Notes under the pieces: generated by a model
The model's database searches: none
What the model was told of the DNA's origin: nothing
The model's input: only the letters and a program-made list of their open reading frames with translations
Shown here: one piece after another, positions 38,381 through 51,321 of the stretch
Layout: each line of letters starts with the position of its first letter
Position numbering within the stretch: position 1 is the first letter of the stretch
Source of the DNA: Veleropilina oligotropha
Taxonomy: Eukaryota
Length of the DNA: 64,000 nt
NCBI GenBank assembly: GCA_048128005.1
Contig: JBEUKZ010000025.1
Coordinates: 62,001 to 126,000, forward strand
Direction of reading: 5' to 3'
Made by a program: the position numbers and the translations under genes

Positions 38381-40176
38381 CAGGGCTTTCATTAAGATTT
38401 CAAGTAGCAGGTAAATGTCCGGGAGTAGCAGGCAATAGTTGTACTCACTCGGCAGGGGGGTTTGTGGGTCCCCCCCAAATTTTTTTGAAATATAGATGGC
38501 CTTAGAAGCCATCTCCTGCAATCTGAGCATAAAGTAGGGCATTAATTTTTTCAGCAAATTGCCTCTTCAAACCATTATTTTTTCCACCCAAATAGAGTAT
38601 TTGATCGGAATAATGAGAATAAAATAAACACATTTTAATTTCGATGGTCGTGGGTTTTGTCTGTGAAAACTGGCCATAAAACGTATTTTACGATCACAAT
38701 ACTACCTAAGTCCTTGGTTAAAAGTATTTTATGTTTAAATAATGCCGAAAGCGTGTGTACCGAAGAAAACTTAGCCCTTCGTCTCTTACAAAATGTGTCG
38801 AGTGCAGGCCTGCACAAATTGAATTTTTGAGTAACCCGTTTGTGGGTTATGCCAAATATTAGTTGCGTAACCCATTTTATTTGGGTAACCCCTTTTATAC
38901 GAAACTTTTTCAATTCATTAATAATGCTTTATACCGGTATATCTATACTATTATCGTGGAGTTTGTGGGTTCCCTATAGGCTCCCAAATGGCTGGACCGA
39001 TCTCCACCAAATTTTGCAGGGAATGCAGGGGTACCATGGGGCTGGTAATAGCGCTGTCAGAAAAAAAAAATCATTTTTTTTATGTTTTTTTGGGGGGATG
39101 GTTATTGTTGGGGTGGGGGGACTTTACCATAGCTAGTATAATATAATATTGCTAATAATGTTAGTAATCAATTGTATAATTGATGTAGTTTTTTATTAAT
39201 AATTTATTTTTTTAAATTTTAAATTCAAATTTCATTTATTAATTTTTATCTCAATTTTATAATTGATCCAAGTGTCACCACTGATTGCGAGTTTTCACTT
39301 GTACAGTATTGAGGTAACTAGAACATGGAAAATGTTGCAGTATAAATATTATGTACATTTAAATATAGACCAAATTCTATATTTATAGAAGCAATTCCAT
39401 TATTGTGTTATAATAATGTAATATTTTAATGAATTTACTGAGAAGTACATCGTATTCAATATTGTCCGACACGTCTTGTAAAATAAAATATCTCGGAAGC
39501 ATCCTGAAGCTGACACAGCTTTGTTGTTGCAAAAAACTGGGAATTCCCAGTTACTATTTTTAGAATTATCCAGGGACACAAATTTGTCATGATTTTTAAA
39601 ATGTGAACCCCGTAGCACATGTTCTGCAGGGTCAAAATTCAGAACTTATCGAAGTTGCAAGCAATTAGATTCATTGCCATGCTTTGTTTATACAATTTTA
39701 AAAGTAGTATATTGCGGCTTCAGCCATATCAACATTCGTTACGTAACAAGGTAAATATCTATTGAATTGAATAAACTGAAATTGCCTATCAACTGAAATT
39801 TTGCGCGAACGAAAATTAGGTTACGCAACATTGCATTTGCGCGAGCTGAACGATCGTTCGCGCAATTTGTGCAGGCCTTAAGTGATTGTTGGGCCGCCTA
39901 CATCAATAAGCGTTTCTTGCGTCGCTCATAATAACGTCGACAATTAAAAACAGCAGACGGAGAATGGATCAATTTTGACAGCAAAAATATCGCCGTAGAG
40001 TACTTTCTAACAGTTTATTATACTTTTCGCTACTTAAGCTATGTGTGAAGAACGTATTTCAAGGAAAGTGCAATATGACAACATTTTCGTTTTTTTTTAA
40101 TTTCGAAAGTAGCCGGCTAGACTAGGTCGAGTAGACGGTGAAATTAACCGGCTGCCGGCTGCTAATGAAAGCCCTG
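38381..40176. mobile_element. MITE, 6-bp TSD, containing MITE 38805-39879 and Helitron 38942-39136
   Basis: TIR CAGGGCTTTCATTA, TSD CTTCAT. Confidence 0.8.
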
Positions 40177-40596
40177 CTTCATATCCCAAAGGTGTGTCGG
40201 GTACCAAAAGTATGTCACTGCGACAGCCTGTTCTTGGGTCAAGTCCTTTTGTGGGGGCATATGATCACTTCTGTGATGAGTAGTTTAATTCAAATTTTAC
40301 CATAAAATTCTGCTTTTGGACTTCATTAAAGTTTCTCAAGCATGCAATATGCAACAATAGGCTTACTTTGGCATCTACCTTTGTCAGATATCACTTTTTC
40401 ATTGTCATCTAACCCTAGCGTAGAAATATTTCAAATTGACAATGTCATCTGCTATTGAATGTAGACAATACTCATGAAATATAAAGTGATTGATGTGCAG
40501 GCCCACACATGCGAACCATTTAGAGATTTAGCTCTTATTCTACAATAACATGACAGAATGCTATTAATTTCCAAATAAATATTAACTTCATGCATA

Positions 40597-43121
40597 TTTA
40601 GCTCCGCTATGACGCCAGTCAGCGGAGCTTTTCTAATACCGAGTTGTCCTGCGTCCGTCCGTCGTCCGTCCGGCGTCTCCATTTGACTTCAAATGCATAT
40701 ATCTCAAAAACTGTGTGATAACTTTTTTTCTAATTTGGTATGAGTCTTCCTTATGATGTTCAGCATGTACTCAGGAAAAATTAAAAAATTCTACGTCTCT
40801 GTTTTCCTGATATTCATGTTTGTTTGTCTGTTTGTTGTCAATTTGTCAGATTTCAGTCAATATCTGAAAAACTGTCTGATAACTTTTTGCATGAGCCTTC
40901 CTTATGATGTTCTGAATACTGTGTGAAAATTAAAAATATCTACGTCTCGGTTGTCCCGATATTCACGTTTGTTCGTCTGTTTTTGAGGCATTTTTCAGAT
41001 TTCAGTCAATATCTCAAAAACTGTTTGATAACATTTTCTCTAATTTGACATGAGCCTTCCTTATGATGTTCTGAATGTACTGTGCGAAAAAAAAAAAAAT
41101 CCACATCTCGGTCTTATCGATATTCATGTTTGTTTTCAATATTTCAGATTTCAATCAATTTCTTAAAATCTGTCTAATTTGGCATGGGCCTTTCTAATGA
41201 TGATTTGATTGTACTCGCCTCCCCCCCCCCAAACAAAAAAATTTCTATTGCTCGGTAACCTGATATTCTCGTTTCTTTAGATTTCAGCCAATTCCTCAAT
41301 AACTATTTGATAACTTTGTTTCTAATTTGACATGAGCCTTCCTTATGATGTTCTGAATACACTCTTTGAAAATTAGAAAATTTTACGTCTTGCCCTGATA
41401 TTCACGTTTGTTTGTTGTCAATACTTTAGTTTAGATTTCAATCAATTTCGTAAAATCTGTCTGATAACTTTTTGTCTAATTTAGCATGGCCCTTCCTTTT
41501 GTTCTCTGCAGAAATTTGTAAATTCTATATCTTGGTTATTCTAATATTCTCGTTTGTTGTCAATTTTTCAGATTTATTGACAATAGTGAAGTAATCAAGT
41601 TTAAATAAATACGGGCCTTTAGCGGAGCTCTCTAGGCCGATAGGCCTCTTGTTTATTAATGAAACACCTTTGTTTGAATTCGTTAATAACACCCATTTGC
41701 ATTATATTGCATAATTTCATTAATTTGTTGCATATATCAAGAAAATTTCACGAGCAATTAAAGTTCGCGTAATTCTCGTGTCGATCCATACGCGAAATTA
41801 AAAATCTCGCAAAATTGGACTACGAAATATTATCAGATTGATATAAGTTTGCTGTCTTTAACACACAAACAAAATGGTAAGTTTCAGCATATATTTAATG
41901 TAATTAGCTCCGCTATGACGCCAGTCAGCGGAGCTTTTCTAATACCGAGTTGTCCGTCCGGCGTCTCCATTTGACTTCAAATGCATATATCTCAAAAACT
42001 GTCTGATAACTTTTTTTCTAATTTGGTACGAGTCTTATGATGTTCAGCATGTACTCAGGAAAAATTAAAAAATTCTACGTCTCAGTTTTCCTGATATTCA
42101 TGTTTGTTTGTCTGTTTGTTGTCAATTTGTCAGATTTCAGTCAATATCGGAAAAACTGTCTGATAACTTTTTTTCTAATTTGGCATGAGCCTTCCTTATG
42201 ATGTTCTGAATATACTGTGTGAAAATTAAAAATTTCTACGTCTCGGTTGTCCCGATATTCACGTTTGTTCGTCTGTTTTTGAGGCCATTTTTCAGATTTC
42301 GGTCAATATCTGAAAAACTGTCATAACTTTTTTTCTAATTTGGCATGAGCCTTCCTTATGATGTTCTGAATATACTGTGTGAAAATTAAAAATTTCTACG
42401 TCTCTGTTGTCCCGATATTCACGTTTGTTCGTCTGTTTTTGAGGCCATTTTTCAGATTTCAGTCAATATCTCAAAAACTGTTTGATAACATTTTTTCTAA
42501 TTTGCCATGAGCCTTCCTTATGTTCTGAATGTACTGTGCGAAAAAGAAAAAAAATCCACATCTCGGTCTTATCGATATTCATGTTTGTTTTCAATATTTC
42601 AGATTTCAATCAATTTCTTAAAATCTGTCTAATAACTTCTTGTCTAATTTGGCATGGGCCTTTCTAATGATGATTTGATTGTACTCGCCCCCCCCCCCCC
42701 CAAAAAAAAATTCTACTGCTCGGTTATCCTGATATTCTCGTTACTTTAGATTTCAGCCAATTCCTCAATAACTATTCGATAACTTTGTTTCTAATTTGAC
42801 ATGAGCCTTCCTTATGATGTTCTGAATACACTCTTTGAAAATTAGAAAATTTTACGTCTCTGTTGCCCTGATATTCACGTTTGTTTGTTGTCAATACTTT
42901 AGATTTCAATCAATTTCGTAAAATCTGTCCGATAACTTTTTGTCTAATTTAGCATGGCCCTTCCTTTTGTTCTCTGCAGAAATTTGTAAATTCTATATCT
43001 TGGTTATTCTAATATTCTCGTTTGTTGTCAATTTTTCAGATTTCTTGACAATAGTGAAGTAATCAAGTTTAAATAAATACGGGCCTTTAGCGGAGCTCTC
43101 TAGGCCGATAGGCCTCTTGTT
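40597..43121. repeat. Two near-identical HINE-like copies (40597-41653 and 41905-43121)
   Basis: Shared ends ttagctccgctatgacgccagtcagcggagct ... agcggagctctctaggccgataggcctcttgtt. The copies differ in the number of internal units. Confidence 0.8.
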
Positions 43122-44794
43122 AAAGTGTAATTCGCCTCAAAATATATACAGTATGTGGTATAGATACCCTACTTCAAATGGAACAAAATGCAGCTTTAGT
43201 AAACAAGGAAATTTAAAATTTTAATCCGATATAGCAATTTCCTTGCTGGACGCCATTGCTAAAGTACCTGGATGGACCATAAGTTGATCTGTTGGTTTAT
43301 CATTGTCGTAAATATGCGATTACCAACCAAATGTTAATTATGCGAATAAATACTAGTACTAGTAAACACTAGAAGTATTAATCCTATTTATGCCTATGGA
43401 ATGAATAACAAAAGTTATATAAAAATAACATTTACATTAGAAACAATTGTGTAGTCCCAAAATATATTGCCAGTCTGCATTTCCGTCACTCTCCAGGCAA
43501 AGAGAATACGAAACGACGCCCAGGCTTATATCTCTGCTATCGCTGGTCGCTATGTGGCGATCAGCCACATAGTTAATATACATATTATTTCGCTTCAGTT
43601 TGTAATTTAATGAAGTGCAAATGACATGGTTAAGTGTTTTCAAGAAAAGGGTAGGCTAATAACAACGTTTTAAATATGAAATACAGTGATGTTAAACAGC
43701 AAATAGTTCCGCGTAGCCATATTCAGCCAATTTATTCACCGCGTAGGTAATTAATTAACTGCACAAACGCTTCTAAAAGTTTATTTTAATTAACTTTTAA
43801 CTAAATTTGATATATTAAATACATATTAATGTTTGGAAAATTTCAAAGAGACGATATTCCAGTCGGGAAAGAAGTAGGCGGACCAGCGAGAGCATAGTCT
43901 ATAGACTATGACTAGACTATGACTATGCGAGCAGAGTGCATTTCCGTCAATCAAGTTTCTTTATGCAACACATGCTTTTTTCTAATTAATTAATCCCATC
44001 GGTCCGCATCTATACATGACTCCCGTCATCTCATTAAAAGTTATTACATGTAAAAGAGAATCTACTAGTTTGTTCTGTTACTTGTTTGTCGTTAATTGAT
44101 TTGACGATGTGTTGTCGTAAGCGGTAATCCGATTCATGTGTGCAATTGAATGGGGACTCCTCGAGTTGCCCGCACCTATTGTTTCGGAATATATGTGTTA
44201 ATTGGTGCAGACAATGATAGTGCAAATGTAACAATAGGGGATTAAGCTATAGCCTGATTCGGATAAGTTGGGTTTTCTAGTGGTAAAATGTATGATGAAA
44301 AATAAGACTTCTCTTACTAGGATACGCGAAATTAAAGCTACGTGAATTGTTCACATAGTTAATATTCGCGAAATTAAGTATTCGCGAATATTAGTTGATT
44401 TACAGTAATTTCATTAATTTGGGTGCATATGCTGTGCATTTTCGCATAATCTGAAGGAAATTATCGCATAATTCTGCAGGGTCTGTCTTTGGTTCAATTC
44501 CCGGACATGACGGATTTTTTCTATGATCGCTGCCTCCATGTAGCTTACACGACATCAATTCATTTCACCATTTAAAGTTGGCTGGCGTGATCGTTAAACA
44601 TCCATTCATCGTTATCAAGTTCAACGAATCCAATTAGTTCAGTGCCGGAATTATATCATGTATTATTACTGCCATCGTACCATAGCATCATCGCGTACAA
44701 TGAACCGATATGATGAAGCTGTGTGATTGTTTGATGCGATGTAATGGTAGCATCACAAGGTCATCGTACTAGCACTAACTGTAACTGTACATCA

Positions 44795-45218
44795 TAGAAT
44801 ATTGTTACACGACTGGGTATTTTCGCCCACACTCATTGGCCAAAGACGATCACGTGACATTGGTTATGGCGTTGTGTTGGGTCAATATAACGAATCCGTT
44901 GACCTGTTCTACTGATTGGTCAGAAGACTGTCACTTGGTCGCTCGCCAGGTCAATATAACGAATCTGTTGACTTGTTCAGCTCTCATTAGCTAGGAGGTG
45001 AATCCGTTGATTTGTTTTGCAGCCTGTGTATTTATGTATACAGTAAACACGAGTGAAATTGTGATTAATTGGCGTCGTATAACAATATTATTGATTGTTA
45101 TTTTGGTGAATATAATGATTTATCCACCTCAGAAAGTGATATTCGCCTCTGTGAATATCACATTCCTTGGTGTATAAATCATTATATTCACCGACAAAAC
45201 GGTCAATAATTGTATAAT
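44795..45218. mobile_element. Palindromic non-autonomous element, Crypton-like (tentative)
   Basis: Imperfect hairpin with ~60-bp arms at 45088-45211. Inverted aatattgttacacgac / gtcgtataacaatatt. ATTGG boxes. Confidence 0.45.
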
Positions 45219-45418
45219 GACGCTAGTTACTTGTTTTATAATGGAGATTATATAATCTTATACCACATGCTCATGAGAATTGTCTACTTTGTTATGGTAA
45301 TAGATTTGATCGCAATGGCTGTATTGTGGATATGAGCGTGGCTGGTGATTTATCACCTTGCTGCGCTGATTGATTAACAGAGTAGGTTCGAATCTTCCCT
45401 CGGCTCTTTGTTCAATTC

Positions 45419-45903
45419 ACAGACGACCAGGCGAGAGCATGCGTTCACAGACGACCAGGCGAGAGCATGCGTTCACAGTTACCAGCGAGAGCATGCGTTC
45501 ACAGACGACCAGGCGAGAGCATGCGTTCACAGACGACCAGGCGAGAGCATGCGTTCACAGACGACCAGGCGAGAGCATGCGTTCACAGACGACCGGGCGA
45601 GAGCATGCGTTCACAGACGACCAGGCGAGAGCATGCGTTCACAGACGACCAGGCGAGAGCATGCGTTCACAGACGACCAGGCGAGAGCATGCGTTCACAG
45701 ACGACCAGGCGAGAGCATGCGTTCACAGACGACCAGGCGAGAGCATGCGTTCACAGACGACCAGGCGAGAGCATGCGTTCACAGACGACCAGGCGAGAGC
45801 ATGCGTTCACAGACGACCAGGCGAGAGCATGCGTTCACAGACGACCAGGCGAGAGCATGCGTTCACAGACGACCAGGCGAGAGCATGCGTTCAGACGACC
45901 AGG
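45419..45903. repeat. 28-bp minisatellite, 17 copies plus a partial
   Basis: Unit ACAGACGACCAGGCGAGAGCATGCGTTC, almost invariant, with no spacers. Confidence 0.95.
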
Positions 45904-46829
45904 CTTTCTTTCCTCTGATATATGTCGTATACAAAGGTACGCCAGGCCCTTTCGAATCCAGACGGCAAACAAGACTGAAAAATTGTTAAAATGTCGTCGT
46001 AAAACAATGGATCCACATCAAATAAAAAATCTCATTTTAATGTGGACACGTCATGGGATATCAATTCAATTAAAACCGAATCATTTCATGTTGCCAAGTA
46101 TCGAACCTGAACATCTGGAACCAGAGGATCTATCAGTTAGCTATGATGACACTTACTCGGGGATGACCTGTGATGAAGTGGCTGGACAAAAACTGACGTC
46201 TCTGATTTAGCTCCAGGTGTTGATATTACATGGGGATCATCTCTGCATTTATTGCACATGGGTGTGATCGTTTTAAATATTCTTGAAGAGAATTGTATAA
46301 TCCAGGAAGATTGAATATTGTCTTTTGAATCTCACATTTTTATTCCCCCACAAACGAAGTTTAAGGGGGGCATATACGAGTCGGCTGGTCTGTCGGTCTT
46401 GCAAATTCCCTTCCGCTCCATATCTCCCATACTATTTCACCGAGGGACACGAAACTCATGTTGCATGCTTCATAACCCAAAGGTGTCGCGTACCGAAAGT
46501 AGGTCACCATGACCTACTTTTCATGCTTGACTGCACTTGATCCAAAATGCCCTTCCGCTCCATATCCAGGGATGAGAATTTTCTGCGGAATTCGTCTATT
46601 TTTTGGCGCTCAAGGTTGATATTGCGAAACGTCCAAATCCGATGAGATATTTTAGAGGGGCGATGTCTTTATTTTGGGAAATAGTATCATAAAAATTACT
46701 TCAGTAGTATAAAGATAATATATATCTTGTATTTTGATATAAACAACCCACCTTCAGTTCAGATATCAACTGCATTTATTAGCAGTTAGTCATTTTGATT
46801 TGGTACTAGCCTGTTCTTGGATGCATTTT

Positions 46830-48644
46830 TGGCCCGCCTTCTAAAGGCAGGGCTATAGCCGTGTACTGGCGTCCGTCGCCTGATGCTTTCTGTCACATAG
46901 AAGATGAACCGCTGGACTTACTCCTTTCATATTTGGTATACATCTTATATACCATCAGGCCTAGCCCAAGTTCAAAGATGGGGTCGCTGGGTCAAAGATC
47001 AAGGTCATTTCCGTTCTGGCACTTCGAAGATTGCTTTCTGTCACATAGAAGATGAACCGCCGGACCTACAGCTTTCATCTTGGGTATGCACCTTGTATAC
47101 CATCAGGCCTAGCCCAAGTTTAAAGATGGGGTCGCTGGGTCAAAGGTCAAGGTCATTTTCGTGTATTTCCGTTCTGGCACTTCGAAGATTGCTTTCTGTC
47201 ACATAGAAGATGAACCGCTGGACCTACAGCTTTCATCTTGGGTATGCACCTTGTATACCATCAGGCCTAGCCCAAGTTCAAAGATGGGGTCGCTGGGTCA
47301 AAGGTCAAGGTCATTTTCGTGTATTTCCGTTCTGGCACTTCGAAGATTGCTTTCTGTCACATAGAAGATGAACCGCTGGACCTACAGCTTTCATCTTGGG
47401 TATGCACCTTGTATACCATCAGGCCTAGCCCAAGTTCAAAGATGGGGTCAAAGGTCAAGGTCATTTTCGTGTATTTCCGTTCTGGCACTTCGAAGATGGC
47501 TTTCTGTCACATAGAAGATGAACCGCTGGACCTACAGCTTTCATCTTGGGTATGCACCTTGTATACCATCAGGCCTAGCCCAAGTTCAAATATGGGGTCG
47601 CTGGGTCAAAGGTCAAGGTCATTTTCGTGTATTTCCGTTCTGGCACTTCGAAGATTGCTTTCTGTCACATAGAAGATGAACCGCTGGACCTACAGCTTTC
47701 ATCTTGGGTATGCACCTTGTATACCATCAGGCCTAGCCCAAGTTCAAAGATGGGGTCGCTGGGTCAAAGGTCAAGGTCATTTCCGTTCTGGCACTTCGAA
47801 GATTGCTTTCTGTCACATAGAAGATGAACCGCCGGACCTACAGCTTTCATCTTGGGTATGCACCTTGTATACCATCAGGCCTAGCCCAAGTTCAAAGATG
47901 GGGTCGCTGGGTCAAAGGTCAAGGTCATTTCCGTTCTGGCACTTCGAAGATTGCTTTCTGTCACATAGAAGATGAACCGCCGGACCTACAGCTTTCATCT
48001 TGGGTATGCACCTTGTATACCATCAGGCCTAGCCCAAGTTTAAAGATGGGGTCGCTGGGTCAAAGGTCAAGGTCATTTTCGTGTATTTCCGTTCTGGCAC
48101 TTCGAAGATTGCTTTCTGTCACATAGAAGATGAACCGCTGGACCTACAGCTTTCATCTTGGGTATGCACCTTGTATACCATCAGGCCTAGCCCAAGTTCA
48201 AAGATGGGGTCGCTGGGTCAAAGGTCAAGGTCATTTTCGTGTATTTCCGTTCTGGCACTTCGAAGATTGCTTTCTGTCACATAGAAGATGAACCGCTGGA
48301 CCTACAGCTTTCATCTTGGGTATGCACCTTGTATACCATCAGGCCTAGCCCAAGTTCAAAGATGGGGTCGCTGGGTCAAAGGTCAAGGTCATTTTCGTGT
48401 ATTTCCGTTCTGGCACTTCGAAGATTGCTTTGTCACATAGAAGATGAACCGCTGGACCTACAGCTTTCATCTTGGGTATGCACCTTGTATACCATCAGGC
48501 CTTGGTTAAGTTCAAAAATGGAGTCTCTGGGTCAAAGGTCAATGTCATTTTCGTGCACTTTGAAGATAGAGTTATTGATTATTTTCCTCTCTATGGATTT
48601 ATATATCCAAAAGGCGGGCCTGTATGAGGATTATACCTCTAGTT
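46830..48644. mobile_element. Young HINE-like element with 11 units of 148-158 bp
   Basis: Terminal hairpin ggcccgcctt..aaggcagggc, subterminal aaggcgggcc and a ctagtt end. Units are near-identical. Confidence 0.8.
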
Positions 48645-49159
48645 ATTCAATACCATATATAAATGCAGATTTAAATCGGAAACGTTCAGAGATTTCCGAC
48701 CCATTAGTTTTTCGACTCGTATAATACCGGGCGACATGCATTTGATATCGGAAATATCAGAATGGTATCGATTGGATAAAAGGTAACGTCGCGCGATTTT
48801 TAATCAGTTGCAGACTTCGTTAGTAACAGCGTACTCTTGGATATTTTTGAGGGAGACTAAGCGATAGTGAAAGTAATTGACAAAGATGGATGTTCGAAGC
48901 AAATTTCGTTGGTCATGGAAACGTAATAGGATTAAAATATAGCGAAATGTGACATTAAATGAAAAGCGCTATGCACATTCCACAATGATGTTTTAAACTA
49001 CGGTTTTCGCAGCTGTGTGGCATTATTAGAACATGCCACGAAAGGTATAAAGCACCAAGAAAAAGTTTTGATAACACAAACCACTTATTCCCTCGGGGAT
49101 CACCGTTTAAACACCCGTAGTCACTGAAAATAATATAAGTACGGTATATTTTAATTCTA

Positions 49160-51321
49160 AACTAGAAATATGTCCATCGGACACGAATGCCCCCACTGGC
49201 AGCCGTGAAGGCAAATAGAAGTTATAGCAGATTGGAGTTGCTTACACGCAAATACTGGTTTGAAGAGCTAAGTCATTTGACCTTGACCTTGGCCATACGG
49301 CGACATGGATGGGTCGCAGAAGCGAAGGATGAATGATGATAAGCAAGTGTACAAAGTATGAAGTCAATCCATGAAGGCAAATAGAAGTTATAGCAGATTG
49401 GAGTTGCTTACACGCAAATACTGGTTTCGGGACGGACGGACGGGACGGACAAGAGTAAATCTAAATGCCACCCCAATAAATTGGTGGTGGCATAAAAATG
49501 TGGCTCAAAATAATCGCAATTTTTAAATGATTGCTACTATAATTTTTGGCTCGCATGCAACGCAAACGCGAGTCTATGTAATGAGCATGTCGTCTGGGCG
49601 TTCAACCGGCTTCAACAATTCATTCTGTTAATGTTTTTGGTGAAGTTTCTCAATCATGCTATATAAGCAACAATATGCATGTTTTAACATTAACAAATGT
49701 TATATATATATCACTATTTCATTGTTACCTGACCCTAAATAAATAATTTTGAAGGTAATTTAATTTAAATTTTGCTATAAAATGTCAATTTTGAATTAGA
49801 AATTTTCGTAAAAATTTTTGGTTAAAGTTTCTCAAGCATGCTATATGTGCAACAAGAGGCAAATTTTTGCATCTTTCTTTGTCGGATATCACTATTTCAT
49901 TGTCATTTAACCTTGAAGTAGAAATATTGAGAGCAATATAATTGAAATTTACCTATAAATTATCACTTTTGGACTTATAAATCTAATATTGAATGTGGAC
50001 ACAATACTGATGAAATATAATTGATTGATGATCCATTTCGAGCTTTTGCTCTTGTTATGCCTTCACCAATTTATTGGGGGGTGATTTAGGTTTACTCTTG
50101 TCCATCCCGTCCCGGTCCGAAAACCAGTATTTGCGTGCACGTAACTCCATTCTGCTATAACTTCCATCTGCCTTCATGGATTGACTTGATACTTCATACA
50201 CTTGCTTATCATCATTCATACTTCCCTTCTGCGACCCACCCATGTTGCCCCTATGCCCAAGGTGAAGATCAAATGAATTAGCTCTTCGGACCAGTATTTC
50301 CGTGCGAGCAACTCCATTCTGCTATAACTTCCATCTGCCTTCATGGATTGACTTGATACTTTGTACACTTGCTTATCATCATTCATACATCGCTTCTGCG
50401 ACCCACCCATGTCGCCCCTATGCCAAGGTTAAATGACTTGGATCTTCGGACCAGTATTTGTGTGCGAGTAACTCCATTCTGTTATAACTTCCATCTGCCT
50501 TCATGGATTGACTTGATACTTCATATAATTGCGAATCACCATTCATACTTCACTTCTGTGACCCACCCATGTTGCCCCTATGCCCAAGGTGAAGATCAAA
50601 TGACTTAGCTCTTCGGACCAGTATTTACATGTAAGTAACTCCATTCTGCTATAACTTCCATCTGCCTTCATGGATTGACTTGATACTTTGTACACTTGCT
50701 TATCATCATTCATACTTCCCTTCTGCGACCCACCCATGTTGCCCCTATGCCCAAGGTGAAGATCAAATGACTTAGCTCTTCGGACCAGTATTTACATGTA
50801 AGTAACTCCATTCTGCTATAACTTCCATCTGCCTTCATGGATTGACTTGATACTTCATATACTTGCTTATCACCATTCATACTTCACTTATGTGACCCAC
50901 CCATGTCGTCCCTATGCCCAAGGTGAAGATCAAATGACTTAGCTCTTCGGACCATTATTTACATGTGAGTAACTCCATTCTGCTATAACTTCCATCTGCC
51001 TTCAATTTCATAGATTGACTTGATACTTCATACACTTGCTTATCATCATTCATACTTCCCTTCTGTAACCTACCCATGTCGCCCCTATGCCCAAGGTTAA
51101 ATAACTTAGCTCTTCGGACCAGTATTTGCATGCGAGTAACTCCATTCTGCTATAACTTCCATCTGCCTACATGGATTAACTTGATACTTCATACACTTGC
51201 TTATCATCATTTGTACTTCCCGTTTGCAACCCACCCATGTCAGTAATTGTCTGTAAATAACTAGACAAAACGATCTTTGCTCCCCCTATGGTCAAGGCTG
51301 TCCGATGGACACATTTCTAGT
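49160..51321. mobile_element. Inverted pair of same-family HINE-like elements (49160-49497 plus; 50055-51321 minus; ~167-bp units)
   Basis: Shared termini and units. Same family as 2611-3220. Confidence 0.7.

Larger units (their letters stand above)
37408..44485. mobile_element. TIR element inflated to 7 kb by nested insertions
   Basis: 22-bp TIR AGACCCTGCAGAATTATGCGAT. Imperfect TSD gccttgg/tctttgg. Confidence 0.75.
37352..44615 (+). mobile_element. tRNA-derived SINE split by a 7-kb composite insertion
   Basis: A-box TGGCCGAGTGG at 37364. B-box GGTTCAATTCC at 44491, resuming directly after the inserted element. Confidence 0.65.

Noticed and set aside
45370..46210. Three long overlapping ORFs, or a CRISPR-like array
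   Set aside because: The frames are open only because the 28-bp unit has no stops. There are no unique spacers, no cas genes, and the context is eukaryotic.
46861..48724. Series of repeated ORFs
   Set aside because: Translations of 148-158-bp tandem units; the frame changes with each unit.
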